A stretch of 64,000 nucleotides of DNA from Bigelowiella natans CCMP2755 (Eukaryota; Protista; Cercozoa): NCBI GenBank assembly GCA_000320545.1, contig ADNK01001163.1:1-64000 (forward strand). The letters are read 5' to 3'. A program made the position numbers and the translations under genes. Each line of letters starts with the position of its first letter. Position 1 is the stretch's first letter. The notes beneath the pieces were generated by a model that worked only from the letters and a program-made list of their open reading frames with translations, was not told where the DNA came from and made no database searches. This document shows positions 1 through 13,124 of the stretch, one piece after another.

Positions 1-643
1 GAGGGGGGGGGGGGGGGCGAGGGAGGGGGGTTTTTTCTCCTCCCCGGGGTAAATCACAACAAACAAACGCCCTTTTCGGGAAAATAAGGCTCCTCTAAAT
101 CCTCCCACCCCCACCGAGAAGAATTAACACTTTTCATAACCCGCCGGGGGTGGCTTTTCTAAACCGCGATTGGAAAATTTTTGTTCCCCACAAAAAATTT
201 TCAGGGAGCTGCGACGGGGTTTTTTTTCCCACCTGGAACCTTTTTTTTTTTTTTTGGGTGTGTGGGGGGTGGGGGGGGGGGGTGTTGGTGTGTGTTGGTC
301 TGTGTAGTACTGTAGAAAAAGTGGAGGAGGAGGATAAGAGATAAGTTGTATCTTATTTCACATCATTAAATTCACTAGTAAATGCTATCTCCCTCCTTTC
401 CTCCCTCTCTTTTTGCTTCGATCTTCTTTTAGTTTCTCCCGCTGATAAAATTAAAGCCTTTTGTTGTCTCTTTGTCTCCTTTGGTTGCTAAAACATGGAT
501 CAACATCATATGTGAACTAAACATCACAGTTGAGCATTGGAATGCGAGGAATGGCGTAGCTGCAGTACATGATGACGACGACGATGCTTTGCGAGAGTAA
601 GTAATATTGTACTAGTAGTGAAGCAGCATGGAGAATTCATGAT

Positions 644-1105
644 ATGATGATGACGATGATGATAATGTTGACAACTGAAATAGAACTTGGAATCAATAAA
701 GGAAGAAAAAATGTTGAAATGCCTTTAGTCGGACGACACTTTGATAAAATAGAACATTATCAAACTCCTTCTCCTTATAGATCGAAACGACCGTCAAAAC
801 GTGCAAAACCTTCTGCTGTAGCAACAGCAGTACAAGCGCAATTATCACCAAAATCGACAGATGCTGCTTGTGGGCGAGAATCTATTACTATCACACGAGA
901 CGACCAGTCCTTGTCAAGTCAACCTTTCCCAAAAGAGCAGCAGCAGAAGCAGGCCCCAGTATTAGCATATCCTGGATGTTATGATGATATGATGCTGATA
1001 TATGCACAAATGCACAGTCGTGCTGCAGGTCATGGGGGGAGTGAAAGCAGACTTATGCCTAGGCATTGGACTGCAGCTACCATGATCGACGAAAAGGAGC
1101 TATAA
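644..1105 (+). CDS. Hypothetical protein (probably the 3' part of a gene)
   Basis: 153-aa ORF with ordinary coding composition and no recognisable domain; it ends just before a partly TpA-poor stretch (about 1200-1500). Confidence 0.3.
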   Translation: MMMTMMIMLTTEIELGINKGRKNVEMPLVGRHFDKIEHYQTPSPYRSKRPSKRAKPSAVATAVQAQLSPKSTDAACGRESITITRDDQSLSSQPFPKEQQQKQAPVLAYPGCYDDMMLIYAQMHSRAAGHGGSESRLMPRHWTAATMIDEKEL

Positions 1106-1550
1106 CCGAAGCCAAATTTTATTTATAAATGTTACGTCAAACAGATTTACATATTGATCATGAGCATATCGAAAGGAAGAAGACCAGCAGTCTAAGCGTT
1201 ATGTAGGTGTTTGTCATGCACGTACACTATTGCATCTCATAGCATGCACGACATGCGTGAGCATCTGTTTGGTTAGTCGCTCATGCAATGCCGCCTACGA
1301 CTGTGGTACATGAGATGTCCTGCTATATGAGTCACTAGCGACTATGGAAGCAATTCCCATTTTGCAAATGTTTCATTTCCGCCGGAACCCAATGCACATG
1401 CGCATGAAAGAAGTTGAAAAGTAATTACAATTCAAACCAACTCATATAGCCACCACTAGACCACGCGGCTCATGCATTCATGTGGGTGCACTGTAGCTAT
1501 GAAGGGCGCGCAATCGAATCAGCTCTTATTGTACATAACAAATATAATTT

Positions 1551-1640
1551 GAGCGCTATAGCCGCAGCTTTGCAAAGCTACATTAGGATGGTTTTCTGTT
1601 GAATAAAATTAAAATGTTCATTACATCCGTCTCATAATAT
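1551..1640 (+). repeat. Least-mutated copy of a ~90-bp dispersed repeat (GAGCGCTATAGCCGCAGCTTTGCAAAGCTACATTAGGATGG...TTCATTACATCCGTCTCATA)
   Basis: Aligns by eye with copies at about 41335-41490 (+), 42231-42600 (-) and 43400-43630 (+). Confidence 0.75.
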
Positions 1641-1917
1641 AAAGCTGATCGAACGGTATGTGTGCCACATGTGGCTAGGTCAGTGTACACAATTTATATA
1701 AATGTATCGTAGGTAATACGGTTATTTGTTTGAAAAGGATAGAATTGCACATTAGTGTATAGCACAATGGAAAAGCTATACGTACATAAAAAGCGTACTA
1801 GGTGCTTATTACTTGCTAATCACATACATCGCAGCAACATTTATGCGACAGGGCTGAGCTCAGGATCTATCGGCAAATTCTTTAAATTACATGACTAAGG
1901 AATATAAGGATGTCAAA

Positions 1918-2897
1918 CTATGATGAAGTTTCCTTCTTCTCCGTCTCCTTTTCTATGTACTCCTCGTCAGTGGATTCCTGGATTTAGAGAGATAATAATA
2001 TGATGGTGTTTCCCATTAGCTGGTTCAAATGGATAACTTTTGGTGGAATATCTTCATCATACCGCATATTCTTCGTCGACTTCTTCCGTCTCTATTACAT
2101 CTCCAGATTTCATTTTAGATTCTTGTTTATCGGAGAGTGTGTCTTCTAGCTTCTTAGAAGAGGATTTGAGTTGCTAAAATGCAAAATAAGCATGCATTCA
2201 ATAAGAGATTCTTCTAGAAATTCATAAATCACCTTCACAGAAACTCTTAGTTCTTCTTTCTCGTTTTTCCAGAGGTCGCTGGGTAGTATTATTGTTGTAA
2301 AGTGTTCAATATGTGACCAGCAGCATGTAAGATATCAAGCTTGTTGTGTTGTTGGAAAAGATACAATAGCTGCTGCGGCATCATTAGGAATACAAGTATA
2401 AACGTACCGTATCATGAGCGGATCGGCCATCAGAGTTTCCCCCATGTATAATTCCTTTTGTGATGGAGAAAAGCGAAAAGGTAGTAGCAAAAGTTATCTT
2501 ACATCTATTGATTAAGATCTTTATATCAAGAAAAGTCTAAAATGAGTTTATATTACTTGGTCTTCAAATGGAATATTGCTTTCAGACTGAACTGCAACCT
2601 TCAGGTGTTCAACCAGATTTCCCATTCGAAACTGCATGTGAAGACGCAAAGTAATGAGATAGAATTCTTGCAAGCCAAACTTTTTTTGAAATGTAGTCCT
2701 CATCCAGCTAGCATTTAAGGGTTACTTGTATCTCAACAATCAGTGAGCATTTGGTCTACTTTATCGTTTACCGTCTTTGTGAAAGATTTCTCTGATGGCA
2801 GCACAAAACAAACTTGAACCTCTGGCCCCAGCATTTTGAGTTCCTCCTGTTCACTGGGTGAGCGGTATTTATTACGCAGAGGCGTCTTAGCAGTCAT
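1918..2897 (-). CDS. Multi-exon ubiquitin-like domain protein with an acidic C-terminus
   Basis: Manual GT-AG splicing gives MTAKTPLRNK...PEVQVCFVLPSEKSFTKT|FRMGNLVEHLKVAVQSESNIPFEDQ|ELYMGETLMADPLMIR|DLWKNEKEELRVSVK|...ESTDEEYIEKETEKKETSS*, a UBL-type pattern (TV..LK.....IP..Q.L). Further 5' exons up to about 3511 are possible. Confidence 0.65.
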
Positions 2898-3886
2898 TAT
2901 GAACTGACATAGAAGTAATAAGTACCGCAAGCATCTTGCTGCCTCCGCATCCTTAAGATCCAAAGAAAAGTTCATACGTCTGCAATCAAGTGAAAAAGTT
3001 GGGAGTGTCATTTTATGTAATTCTATGTGCATGTATACGTATAATGTTCGCTTTGTTCATTAAATTGATATTCTGATGAACTGCAAGCAGAGCCTCAATT
3101 GTAACAGAAGCTCATATAGCAGTGTTGTACAGTCTGAACTCAACGAAAGTGTGCGTAGGTTGGGACCTTGGTGGAGGTCCCTGAGAAAGGCAGGTAGGAC
3201 ACGAAGATGATGATAAACTAATGTTATTATTGCTTGAGTGTGTTCCTTCGATTTTCTTCGTAGAACACCCATTTTGTTCAAGTCGCAGATTCAAAATGTG
3301 GATCATTTCATATTTTTACCGTAAGACTGCAGAGTTCCCTTCTTTGATCGGCTACACTCCGAATAAATTCCGAGATTTTTGGATCTGCTGTGATTGTAAC
3401 ATTTCGACCGTATGCATTTGATTTGTTCTGAGCCTTGTGTGTATGTCTCTCTGGACAAATACCCATCGTATTACTTCCTAAGCCATGGAATCCAAGGCTG
3501 GGAGTTCCCACTTAATTTGAGATGTTTTAAGTACCGTATTTCTTGTTCATTTGAACAATTCTATTTTGTCTCAATAGTTTAAAGTAGGGGAAGTAGAGCG
3601 AAGACTACACAAAGCACTACATTTTTCCCACATTAATACTGAATCTTGCTATACGCTATTAGCTTGTGGTGAGGAACAGGAAAATTGTTGAAAGTACGAC
3701 AACAAAAATATGTTTATTTTAGATTAAAATGTAGGGTAATTCTACCAGTACGACAGACTTTTTAGTATTCCAGGTCTACAAATTAATTTTTGAGTGCTTC
3801 TTCGCATCCCCCTCCCAGTAGAATTACAAACAAGTCAGGTGACATTTGGAAGAATCGTTGTGCAGGGAACAGCGGAGAACGTAGGG

Positions 3887-6191
3887 ATGGCGTCATACCA
3901 GGGTTATTACGGTTCCCAACAGCCGCAACACTCTGAATCTCAGCAGGCAAGGGGAGGGCAGCAAGGTTACCAGCAGCAGCAGCAAACTACTCCATATCAA
4001 TACCAGCAATACGGAACACAGGCAGCAGGCGCCCAGGGACAAATCTATGGGCAACAACCTCCACAACAGGTTATCAAGGACCTTTAAACCACCATTCATT
4101 TTTATGACATCCTTCCAAGCTTAATAGATAGGAAGCGGCAACAAATTTACCTCATCGTACTCACATTACTCTTTCTGATATAATTTGTGACTATGATCAA
4201 CAGGCCGGCGCCTTTGCACAGCAGCACGCTGGTGCTTATGGACAACACCATAATCTGACCACGTCCACTTCTACTGGATATGGCAGCCAACATAGCAGTG
4301 GTGGTCACGGTGTGGGGTACAACGTTTACGGTGCATCATCAATGTCATCTGCCGCCGGGAATGGACCTGGATCTTCCCAGAGCTATGGATTGAATAATGC
4401 CTCGCAGCATGAACGTAGGCGAGAATCTCATGGCAGCGGAGGCCATCATAATCCGGAGTATATATCCGTTTCTCGGATCCCAAGACCACCAGCCAATCCT
4501 AGTGGTCCAACTCTTCCTCCCACACTCGATACCTACAACAACAACAACAACAATAATAATAATAGAGGAGGAGGAGGAGGAGGAGGAGGAGGAGGAGGAG
4601 GAGGACGGGACAACTATGACTACCAACGTCCATACAAACGTCCGCGTTACAAATCTCAACGTGGACGTCGTTATCGAGGTGGTGGGGATAATAGAGGGGA
4701 GCGGGACGGTAGTGATTACTATCACTCTCGTAACAACGGCGGTTATCATCAAGGTGGTGGTGGCGGCGGGGGTAGTAGTGGTCGTGGTGACAACAGAGAT
4801 CATCATCATCATAATCATAATCATCATCACCGTCGTGACCGTAGTGACTATCGAGATGGAACCCATAGAGATAATAGCAGCGGCCGGGACCGCTATCGGG
4901 ATCACCGTGGAGATAGAGGAGGAGGATCGTTGGAAGGAGACTCTCCACGCTCATCATCAAAAAGTGGTGGTTCAAGATATATTAGAAGTTTGTCTCCGTC
5001 ACCTCTACTTCGCCCTCGGAAAAACAAAAATCTTGGTAATCTCGGCACGCTTTCGGAGAGAAAAGCGAGAACATCAAGCAGGGGTGAACTAGGTGGAGGG
5101 GGAATAATACGGCCAGTATTGGAAGCCATTTACGATCTGATAGATGCCAGGAAACAAATGATGCGGGTGGCTAAACAGCAGCGAGCGTATAAACCTCGAT
5201 CATCTTCTTTGAAGAGAAGGAGAAGGAGAGATCCTGACTTCAAAGTTGAAAATAGTAGTAGCACCAATGCAGCACCACCAGCACCAACCGTAGAAATAGG
5301 CGTGAAAAGTGAGGGTGGCGACGAGAAGAGGAAGAAGAAGAAAAAGAAGAAGAAGAAGAAGGGTATGACTGACAACGCATCAGCAGATACGAATGGAACT
5401 GGAGGAATGGGTGAAGATGGTGGTGGTGGTGGTGGTGGTAGTGGTAGTGGTAGTGGTAGCGACATCGACGGGGAAAAAAAAGGAGGAGAAACTCAAATCA
5501 CAGCAGCAGCAGCAGGAGGAGGAGGAGGAGGAGGAGGAGGAGGAGGAGGAGGAGGAATGACTGATAAAGATCTCGTTGATGATGATGCTGTAAGAAATGG
5601 CGTGAAGGACAAACAAGGGTTGGGAGATGTGGTTGGCATCAAGGTTGATGAGGCAGAGGAGGAGGAGAAGGGCCAAGAGGAAATGGAAATAGAAACAAAC
5701 GCCCAAAAAGAAGTTGACGACGACCATATTCCTAGTCTTTCAGATGGCCATGGTTCACCAGCAGCTGACTCAAAAAAAGAAGCATTGGTGGTACCTGAGG
5801 ACAAACAAAACACCAGTGTCAAAAAGGAGGAGGAGAAGGGGGCAGAAGAAGAGAAAGCAGTAGGGAAAATGAAGGAAGAAGGGATGGATGAAGAAGGTAT
5901 CCATGACTCTACTAGTGATCATGACGGCAACAACTTTGGTTGGAGCGTTGAGAAAGTACTAAAAGCTTATCGTTTGGTGAAACTTGCTTTGGATCAAATC
6001 ACATCCCCAAGACAAATCAAGCATGTAGATCGAGATGCGGTATTAATATATCCATAAATTCCCTAATGTTTAGTAGATTATTAGACGATTAGTAGCTTAC
6101 TGCTACCTTTCTCCTCCTACTACATTATTGACAGAGAGAAAGCTTTTCTCATCACATTCTCATCTGTAGTTCGGAATATCTACACCATGCA

Positions 6192-6226
<35 letters not shown>

Positions 6227-6978
6227 ACTCTCGATTCTCCTTCTTTCTCTTTCTCTCCCTCTCTCTCTTTCTCTCTCTTTCCCCCCCTCTTTCCTCTTTC
6301 TGTCTTGTTTGTCAGCACTATTTTTATCTCACCATACTTTTCCATCGTTATTGGTTATCAATGTCGCGGTGCTGCCCCCCCCCTTCCAATTAGCTCTACA
6401 TATGTTTCACGCGGAGAATCTTCGTCCCTGCGGTTGCTGGGTCTTCATCGCTTCTATGGGCTGCTACTGCAGATATTCTTGACAAGCTAGGAGAACGGGA
6501 TTTCTTCACTCCCAATCAGGTAGTACCAAGAGGAGGAGGAGGTGTATATGATGTTCAGTATTAGGCTAGTGATGACGATCCTGCTTATCTATCTTTTTAA
6601 TGTTGTTGTAATAACAACAAGTTATTCTTTCCTAACAAAAGAAACGGGTGGTAACGAATTTATCTCGATCTTGCCAATGGTTGGGAGATGGGCTGGGGAC
6701 CTTGGAAGAGGAAAAGGAGGACGGTGACGACGAGGAGGATGCTAGTAGAACGGCTATGGAAACTTCAGACATATTTGACAACGCAGGATGGATAATAGAT
6801 AAACTAGCGGATGTAATAGCATATAAGTTCTCCGCAACTAACATTCAAGGGGGAAATAAGGTGGTACTACTTACTAACTTCACTACTTCAAGATATGTCG
6901 TTTGGTGGTGGTGCTTTGTCTATCAAAAGTAGGAGGACTCAATGTACATGTTGCTTGTTCTCCCCTCCGCCCCATTCC

Positions 6979-7027
<49 letters not shown>

Positions 7028-7091
7028 CTTGTTGTTATCTGTTTCTCCATCATTGTCTTCTTCATCCTTATCGTTGTTATATATAATGCAC

Positions 7092-7122
<31 letters not shown>

Positions 7123-8765
7123 GATTGATGTAGACGAGTAAGGCACAGAAGAAAAGGAAACGGAAGGCACGAGAAGCCGCGAAGGTTGTAGTCAAAAAAG
7201 AACAAGCAAGGGAGAGAGAGGGAGGAGTCAGCAAACACGACGAGGATGGCGGGTGGAGGGAGGAAAGTGATTATTTATAATAGAAGGGGAATGAACATTG
7301 ATGCTTCGACAACAAACATCATCTTCAAATATTACACACACACACACACACATCAACACATAATCATCACCATCATCATCATCTTCGTCGTCATCGTCAT
7401 CGTCGTATATTCTTGCTCAGGCTGGAGCCGACCGTTCAGGCATGAATCCTCCTCTTATTCAACCGACTGAAAATCCTGAGGAGCATACGTTAGCAAGTGT
7501 GCATCAGCTCTTACGCGTTATTTTCTCCCTTCAAATCCCGGCATTGACTCAGCGGTATCTGGCTTTTCTCTCCGATCCAAATCTCACCCATTTGCAGATG
7601 CCATGTAGCAGTGGTCCACCTCCTAAGCGTATATCATCACTGACTTACCACAATAACGTTCATATTCCAATTATGGTAAATAGTATAGACGATGACGGTG
7701 ATAGAAAAAAGAGAGGGTTACTACCTCATCAGCGGCGGCAGAAACAACAAGCAAAAAAGACTACTACTGCTACTGCAGATAAATCATCTAAGGAATGTTA
7801 TTCTTTGGAGGATGCCGACCACCCTGAAGGCAATCTTGCAGCTGCGACATCATCAAATGAGAAAAAAACTTCCAACTTAAACGATGGCTTAATTTTTCCT
7901 CGACATTACAACTCTAAATTTGCCCTTGCGGTACTGTGTGAACTTTATGAAGCTCCGGAAAGACTACGACGCTCAGACCCTTGGCTGTTACGGCTACGGG
8001 ATCAATGGGAGATGGCTATTGCAAGAGATGGTGATTTTGTAATTCCTACTTTCTCAATGAGCTCAAACACTATCCCTGGAAATTCGAATCGTGCAGCTTC
8101 CCCAAGAACTGTTTACTCATTTTTGAAGATAAGTGCAGGGCCTACTTTGGCCCGAAGTGAACGCCTGCTTAATCTATGCTATACTGATTTCTCGAGATGG
8201 CTTGTTAAGCAGCGCAAACTTGTAGTAGCAGCTGCTCATTCAGGTGGTGGTAGTGGTAGTGGTGGGACAACAGCAGCCAGAGGAGGAGGAGGAGGAGGAG
8301 GAGGAGGAGGAGGAGGAGCCTATCAACCTTCATCTTCTTCTTCTACTACTACTGCTTCTACTACTTCATTCGTATCACCAATGACGGTCTTGCCACCGCC
8401 GATATCAGCACCACCACCACCAAGCTTAGAAAATAGACATTCATGTGTTTGCAATTATGATCCAATCCAGCGGCTACTAGCTCTAAGATGTGAGGGTCTA
8501 CCTGAGGAATGGGCAAATCATTTAAAAGCTAAACCATTGGCAGCAAGTCGCTACTGCCCACTCACCCCTCCAAATGTCTTCAACTGGAAAATCCCTTCAA
8601 AACGCTTGCAAGCAGCCGTAAAAGCTGCGAAGGAGCTTGCAAGAGGAGGAGGAGGGAAAACGACGAGGAAAAGCAAGATTTCCATACCATCAGTGGTCTT
8701 TGATGCATGTGGCTTTCGATGGTTCCTACAAGTTAAAGCAGCGGTTTATAATCATAATAACAATG

Positions 8766-8799
<34 letters not shown>

Positions 8800-8856
8800 C
8801 TCAGCAACTACAGCAGCAGGTGATGAACGCAAAGCAGTGGGCACAGTAGGAAGCAG

Positions 8857-8890
<34 letters not shown>

Positions 8891-10465
8891 GCCACCACCA
8901 CCAGAAACACAGCAGCAGATGGCGACGAGGAGGAGGAGGAAGAGCTGGGTAGTAAAGGCTGTTTCTTGATATACCTTCACCGCGAGAAGTCACCCGCGCT
9001 ACCTGCGACTTGGGTAGCTCCTGTGGATTTACAGGTTTCGATTATAGACCACTCATCGTCATCGTCGTCGTCAGCAATGTCGCAGGAGGGTGGGGGAGGA
9101 GATATGGTGAGAAAAACGAGTAGTAGTGAAGGTAGTAATATGGATAAAAGAAAAGATGGCAAGAACAAGCAAACTGTGGAGAAAACCAAAGATGGTGACA
9201 ACGAGCAAGCTTTGGGTAAATCCACCAGCACTGGCACCATCAATGATGTCGAGGCGAAGCAAAGCAATGTTAGCAACAACACTACTACTATTACTACCAC
9301 TACCACTGAGACGACGACGACGAGTCCTCCGGAGCCAAGCACTTGTTCTTCCACTACCGCCGCCTTCAAGTGTGAGGGCCAAAATTCTATGGTTGATGGA
9401 CTGTATGGTTTCTGTGCGGGTGAATTTGATGCCAGCATAGTTAATTCGAATTCAAGGTGATGGTGATGGTGGTAGTGGTGGTGGTGGTGGTGGTGGTGGT
9501 GGTGGTGGTGGTTAACCCTAATTGATGAATTTAGAACTGATGCACACTAAATGCATCTAAATACATGCAATACAATGTTTACCCGCTCCCTAACCCTTCT
9601 GCTCCTCCTCCTCGTCGTCGTCGTTTATAGGTTCGTGAGAAATGGTGATGGTCTTGTTCACCTTCGACTTGAAATAAGTCTTGATCCTGGACTGGCCATT
9701 ATAATCAATCATGCGATTGGGGATTTCGCAAACCACGCACAACAACTTAAAACATGGGTGATCAAGGTGGAAAAGGCATCTGGAAAGAGTGATATCAACG
9801 TATTGGATTCTCCATCTCCACTATCCGAAGAAAATAACAAAATTCTCCAAGCACCTGGTCCATTATTTGCGTATCTAGACCTTCCTTCGATGTTAAGAAT
9901 AGCGCGAAATGATGCTTTGAACGTCCGCGACGAAGGTCAAATTCTTGAGACTATGGTCGTATGGGTTCAGCATTCAATTCCGTTCAGAGATGTATCCGAG
10001 GCGACGCGTAAAACAGCGTTATCCAAGCTCATAGGTTATATTCGTTTCAAAAATATGAGTTACGCCTCCCTGAAGGCAATAGCAAGTTGTCAGTTGCTAC
10101 GGGATCAAGATTTGGTGAAGAAATATGGCAATGATTGTCTGACAAGGGACGAGAAACAAGGGGGCATCATCTTCAGTACCCAACAAGGAGAGGCAGCAGT
10201 CCTTGAAGGTAAATCAATAGTTCCAGGTTGCGACTCTCAGATTGGAGCAAGCACTGTTTTTGGATCCAAGTACATCGAAATGAAAGCTGAGATCGATTCA
10301 TTAAAAAAGGCCAAAATTAAGTTGGAAGATCAAGTCAAAACCATGGCCAGCGCACTGGTACATGTAATGACCACACCCAACGGCTCATTGAATAGCGAAG
10401 GGAAGAAGTTGCTTGGCAAATTAAAGGAGGTTACGATGCAAAATTGTAAGCATGATGCACATTGA
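3887..10465 (+). CDS. Large multi-exon protein with a Q/G/Y-rich N-terminus, MATH-like and BACK-like domains and a C-terminal coiled coil
   Basis: Chain of long + ORFs (4312-6057, 7442-9460, 9551-10465) linked by GT-AG introns. FDACGFRWFLQV and FLIYLH are MATH-like; RNDALNVRDEGQILETMVVWVQH...LIGYIRFKNMS is BACK-like. Confidence 0.65.
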
Positions 10466-10469
10466 GATG

Positions 10470-11680
10470 TCAACAAAATAAGATGTCAAGTGCCGTGATG
10501 CTCAGAACGATCCGAGGTTCCAAATGCAATGGCAGTGCACCTGGCTAGCATGGTTCGGCAGCGGTGTTTAACCATGCGCCAAAGTGTCTCGCAGTCAGCT
10601 AAATGCAATGAACGAGTGAGGACCATCTGCATCCACCGAGCATTGCTAGATTCTAGGATTGCTAGATTGTGCGTGCGCGCCACAATGATTAGCTCCAGTC
10701 TGGCTAGCTAGTCTTGCTAGCTTGCGCATCCATCGATCCACATCATGATGCGTTCTAGCGTTTGCACTGCTAGAATGATGGACATGCAATGTGACACAAC
10801 ATGCACATGCATCGATCATGTGCACCATGTTGCTGTGTCCATTGTTGGACTGACATGCAAATCTAGAAATGCGATGTGTCGCCCTGTCATTGGCCTGTCT
10901 GCCTGAGTCTACGATCGACACTCTAGCACTTCCCATGTCGCGCGCCAGCCATGCATGCAATGCAACACAGCCTGCTGCAGCTAGCGCGGCTAGCTAGCTA
11001 GGTGGCAAAGTGCGAAACTAGGAAAGAAAAAATGAGTGAAATTGAGCTCATGCAACGGATTCTCTCAGCTTTCGCAACTGGGGAACGCATTGCTGTTAGG
11101 CGATTGACTCGGTCAGTGAGAACACGCTAGCACGCAAGTACGCCGCTCGATGAAGCCGGCCATGCTTTCTTTGGCGTTTTGCGCACATCGATTGCTGGAT
11201 TGCTAGATTGATCCGATGATTGCGATCGTGCGCAGCCATTGCATGAACAAGTGAATGCTGCAACGAGATGCAATCGAGCAGCCATTCATGCATGGTTGAT
11301 TTGATCAGCTTCAACAGCGCACGCGCACGGTCTCAGCAAGAGCAGAATCGTGGATGCCATCTTCGCATGTGATGATGTGTTTGTTGTGATGGATGGGCAT
11401 TGCACAAATGCCATTGCGGAGTCGTGCTAGCATGCTTCATTCAATGTTCATTGTTTCGTTTGCAGATTCACAATTTGGTGTTATTGAGAAGGCGAGCTTC
11501 TGTGCCCTCTGTGATCATATTTCAAAACATTCATTTGAGTCAATACTCGATTGGAATCAATTCCAATGGAATTCCTTTGTATCAACGCTTAGTGACAAGA
11601 AATGGACAACATTCTCTGCGACAAGACGCATGCATGAGAATGCCTATGAATGTGCTCTGACTGGGTGCTTGCGAGGCCTA
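10470..11680. other. TpA-depleted, CTAG-retaining intergenic island between convergent 3' ends
   Basis: Most surviving TA dinucleotides between about 10500 and 11460 are in CTAG, often in tandem (10989-11001); CATG, TGCA and GCGC are abundant. Confidence 0.8.
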
Positions 11681-11684
11681 CTAT

Positions 11685-12059
11685 TCATAGGTGTCTCCCT
11701 AAGATAGTCTTTTTTTGGTGGGTACGCAGCTCCTCATAACGTGCTTTTCCAAAACGTCTGAGTGGATGATCGTAGTACTTTTTGACGTTTTCTGTGTCTT
11801 CGTGAGTTCCTTCTTCGATTGTCATTGCACGTCGTTCCTTGTTCCATGTAAGCTGAGGTGCTTGAGAGAAGACCCGAATGCTTGCCAGTGTAGCCATGGT
11901 AGCTGCACCAGAAATAATTAGGATGATCGGGTAGGCCCCTGCGTCAGACATCCAAACTTTTCTGTGCTCCCTTGGGGGGACATAGTTACCACCGGTTCCC
12001 ATTGCTCTCCGGAGAGGATTGATAGTGGGGCGGAGGTAATTGATAGCTGAGCGGAGCAT
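11685..12059 (-). CDS. B12D / NDUFA4 (MLRQ)-family mitochondrial membrane protein
   Basis: 124 aa from the ATG at 12059. R/S/L-rich presequence (MLRSAINYLRPTINPLRRAM), then KVWMSDAGAYPIILII, a TM helix, ...PQLTWNKERR... and YYDHPLRRF, matching the family pattern. Confidence 0.75.
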   Translation of the reverse strand: MLRSAINYLRPTINPLRRAMGTGGNYVPPREHRKVWMSDAGAYPIILIISGAATMATLASIRVFSQAPQLTWNKERRAMTIEEGTHEDTENVKKYYDHPLRRFGKARYEELRTHQKKTILGRHL

Positions 12060-13124
12060 GGCTGACTGAAGTTTGTACAGATTATCTCCTGATGAGAGGT
12101 GCTTTGAGTTGTGCGATGGTGGATCTGGGTTTCTTCTTCGTCCTTCGGCTTCAACATAGGTGCAGAAGAAGAAGAAGAAGAAGGAGGACTGTGCATTGTT
12201 CCTAGGAAATGTCAATGTCGCGCCAAGTAAATGACATTCGTTAATTTGTTGATTGACCAGTGACGTCGTCTCATGATGTACTAGATCTACCCAGGCGAGC
12301 AGGTGGGTAGTCGTAGTGTCGTAGTCTACCTACCCACCTGCCACTGTGAGAAGCTCCTGACGACGTCATGCTCTTACGCAGCATAAAACTTGATTTTTTT
12401 AGGTTTATTGCATGTCGCGGATCAAATATGCCTTGTTGTCATTTACAAGATTGTTGATGGATGCAAGAGTACAATCGTGTTTTCCGCAGTCTGCAGTGGC
12501 AAGTGGCAACTGCTCAGTGGTTTTAACAGCCTGTTCTCTCATCGCTTGTGATGAGGATGCCACTAAAGCTCACTCGCCCCTCTGGAGGAAAGTGTGCATA
12601 CTCAAAGCGTTACTGAGCCAAGAGAAAGTCTCCTCCAGATGCTACTTTTCTCTACTTGTGATGCTGTTGTCAATGGGTCATTGGATTTTGTTCCTTCTTA
12701 ATGTACATTTTTGAACGTTTTTCTGGATCCAGTAAAAGTTCTAAGAAGATCTTTTGCATCATTGTGATTTACCATCATCATCATGTGATCACAAGTCATA
12801 AAACAATTCATCAATGTTCCCAATTCCTACAGTCAAAACGAACAGCACGCACTATTTTGATCTTTCTTCCTTGAGAGACTTTCTTCCTAGAGAGAATGTG
12901 ACTCTTGCGGAGCTTGGAGAAGCATTCTATTCACACCTACACGGTGTCTGTTGAAATGTGGACAATGCATCAACACTGACATTGAACATTGAACTGCAGT
13001 CTTTGCCGCAGCAACGTACATTGATTGGAATGTGCAGAATTCAGATCAACAACCATGACACAAAATGTACCACTCCAAATTTTAGAAATGATTCTAATGA
13101 ATGCATTCGCGCCATTACGTACCG

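Noticed and set aside
1-345. G/C/T homopolymer-rich start and a 64-aa ORF
   Set aside because: Looks like low-quality contig-end sequence; no credible coding signal.
4345-5822. Antisense and alternative-frame ORFs with poly-S, poly-P or poly-I
   Set aside because: Shadows of trinucleotide repeats within the plus-strand gene.
12400-13120. Possible decayed gene on the minus strand
   Set aside because: Coding-like composition, but no continuous frame or recognisable motif.
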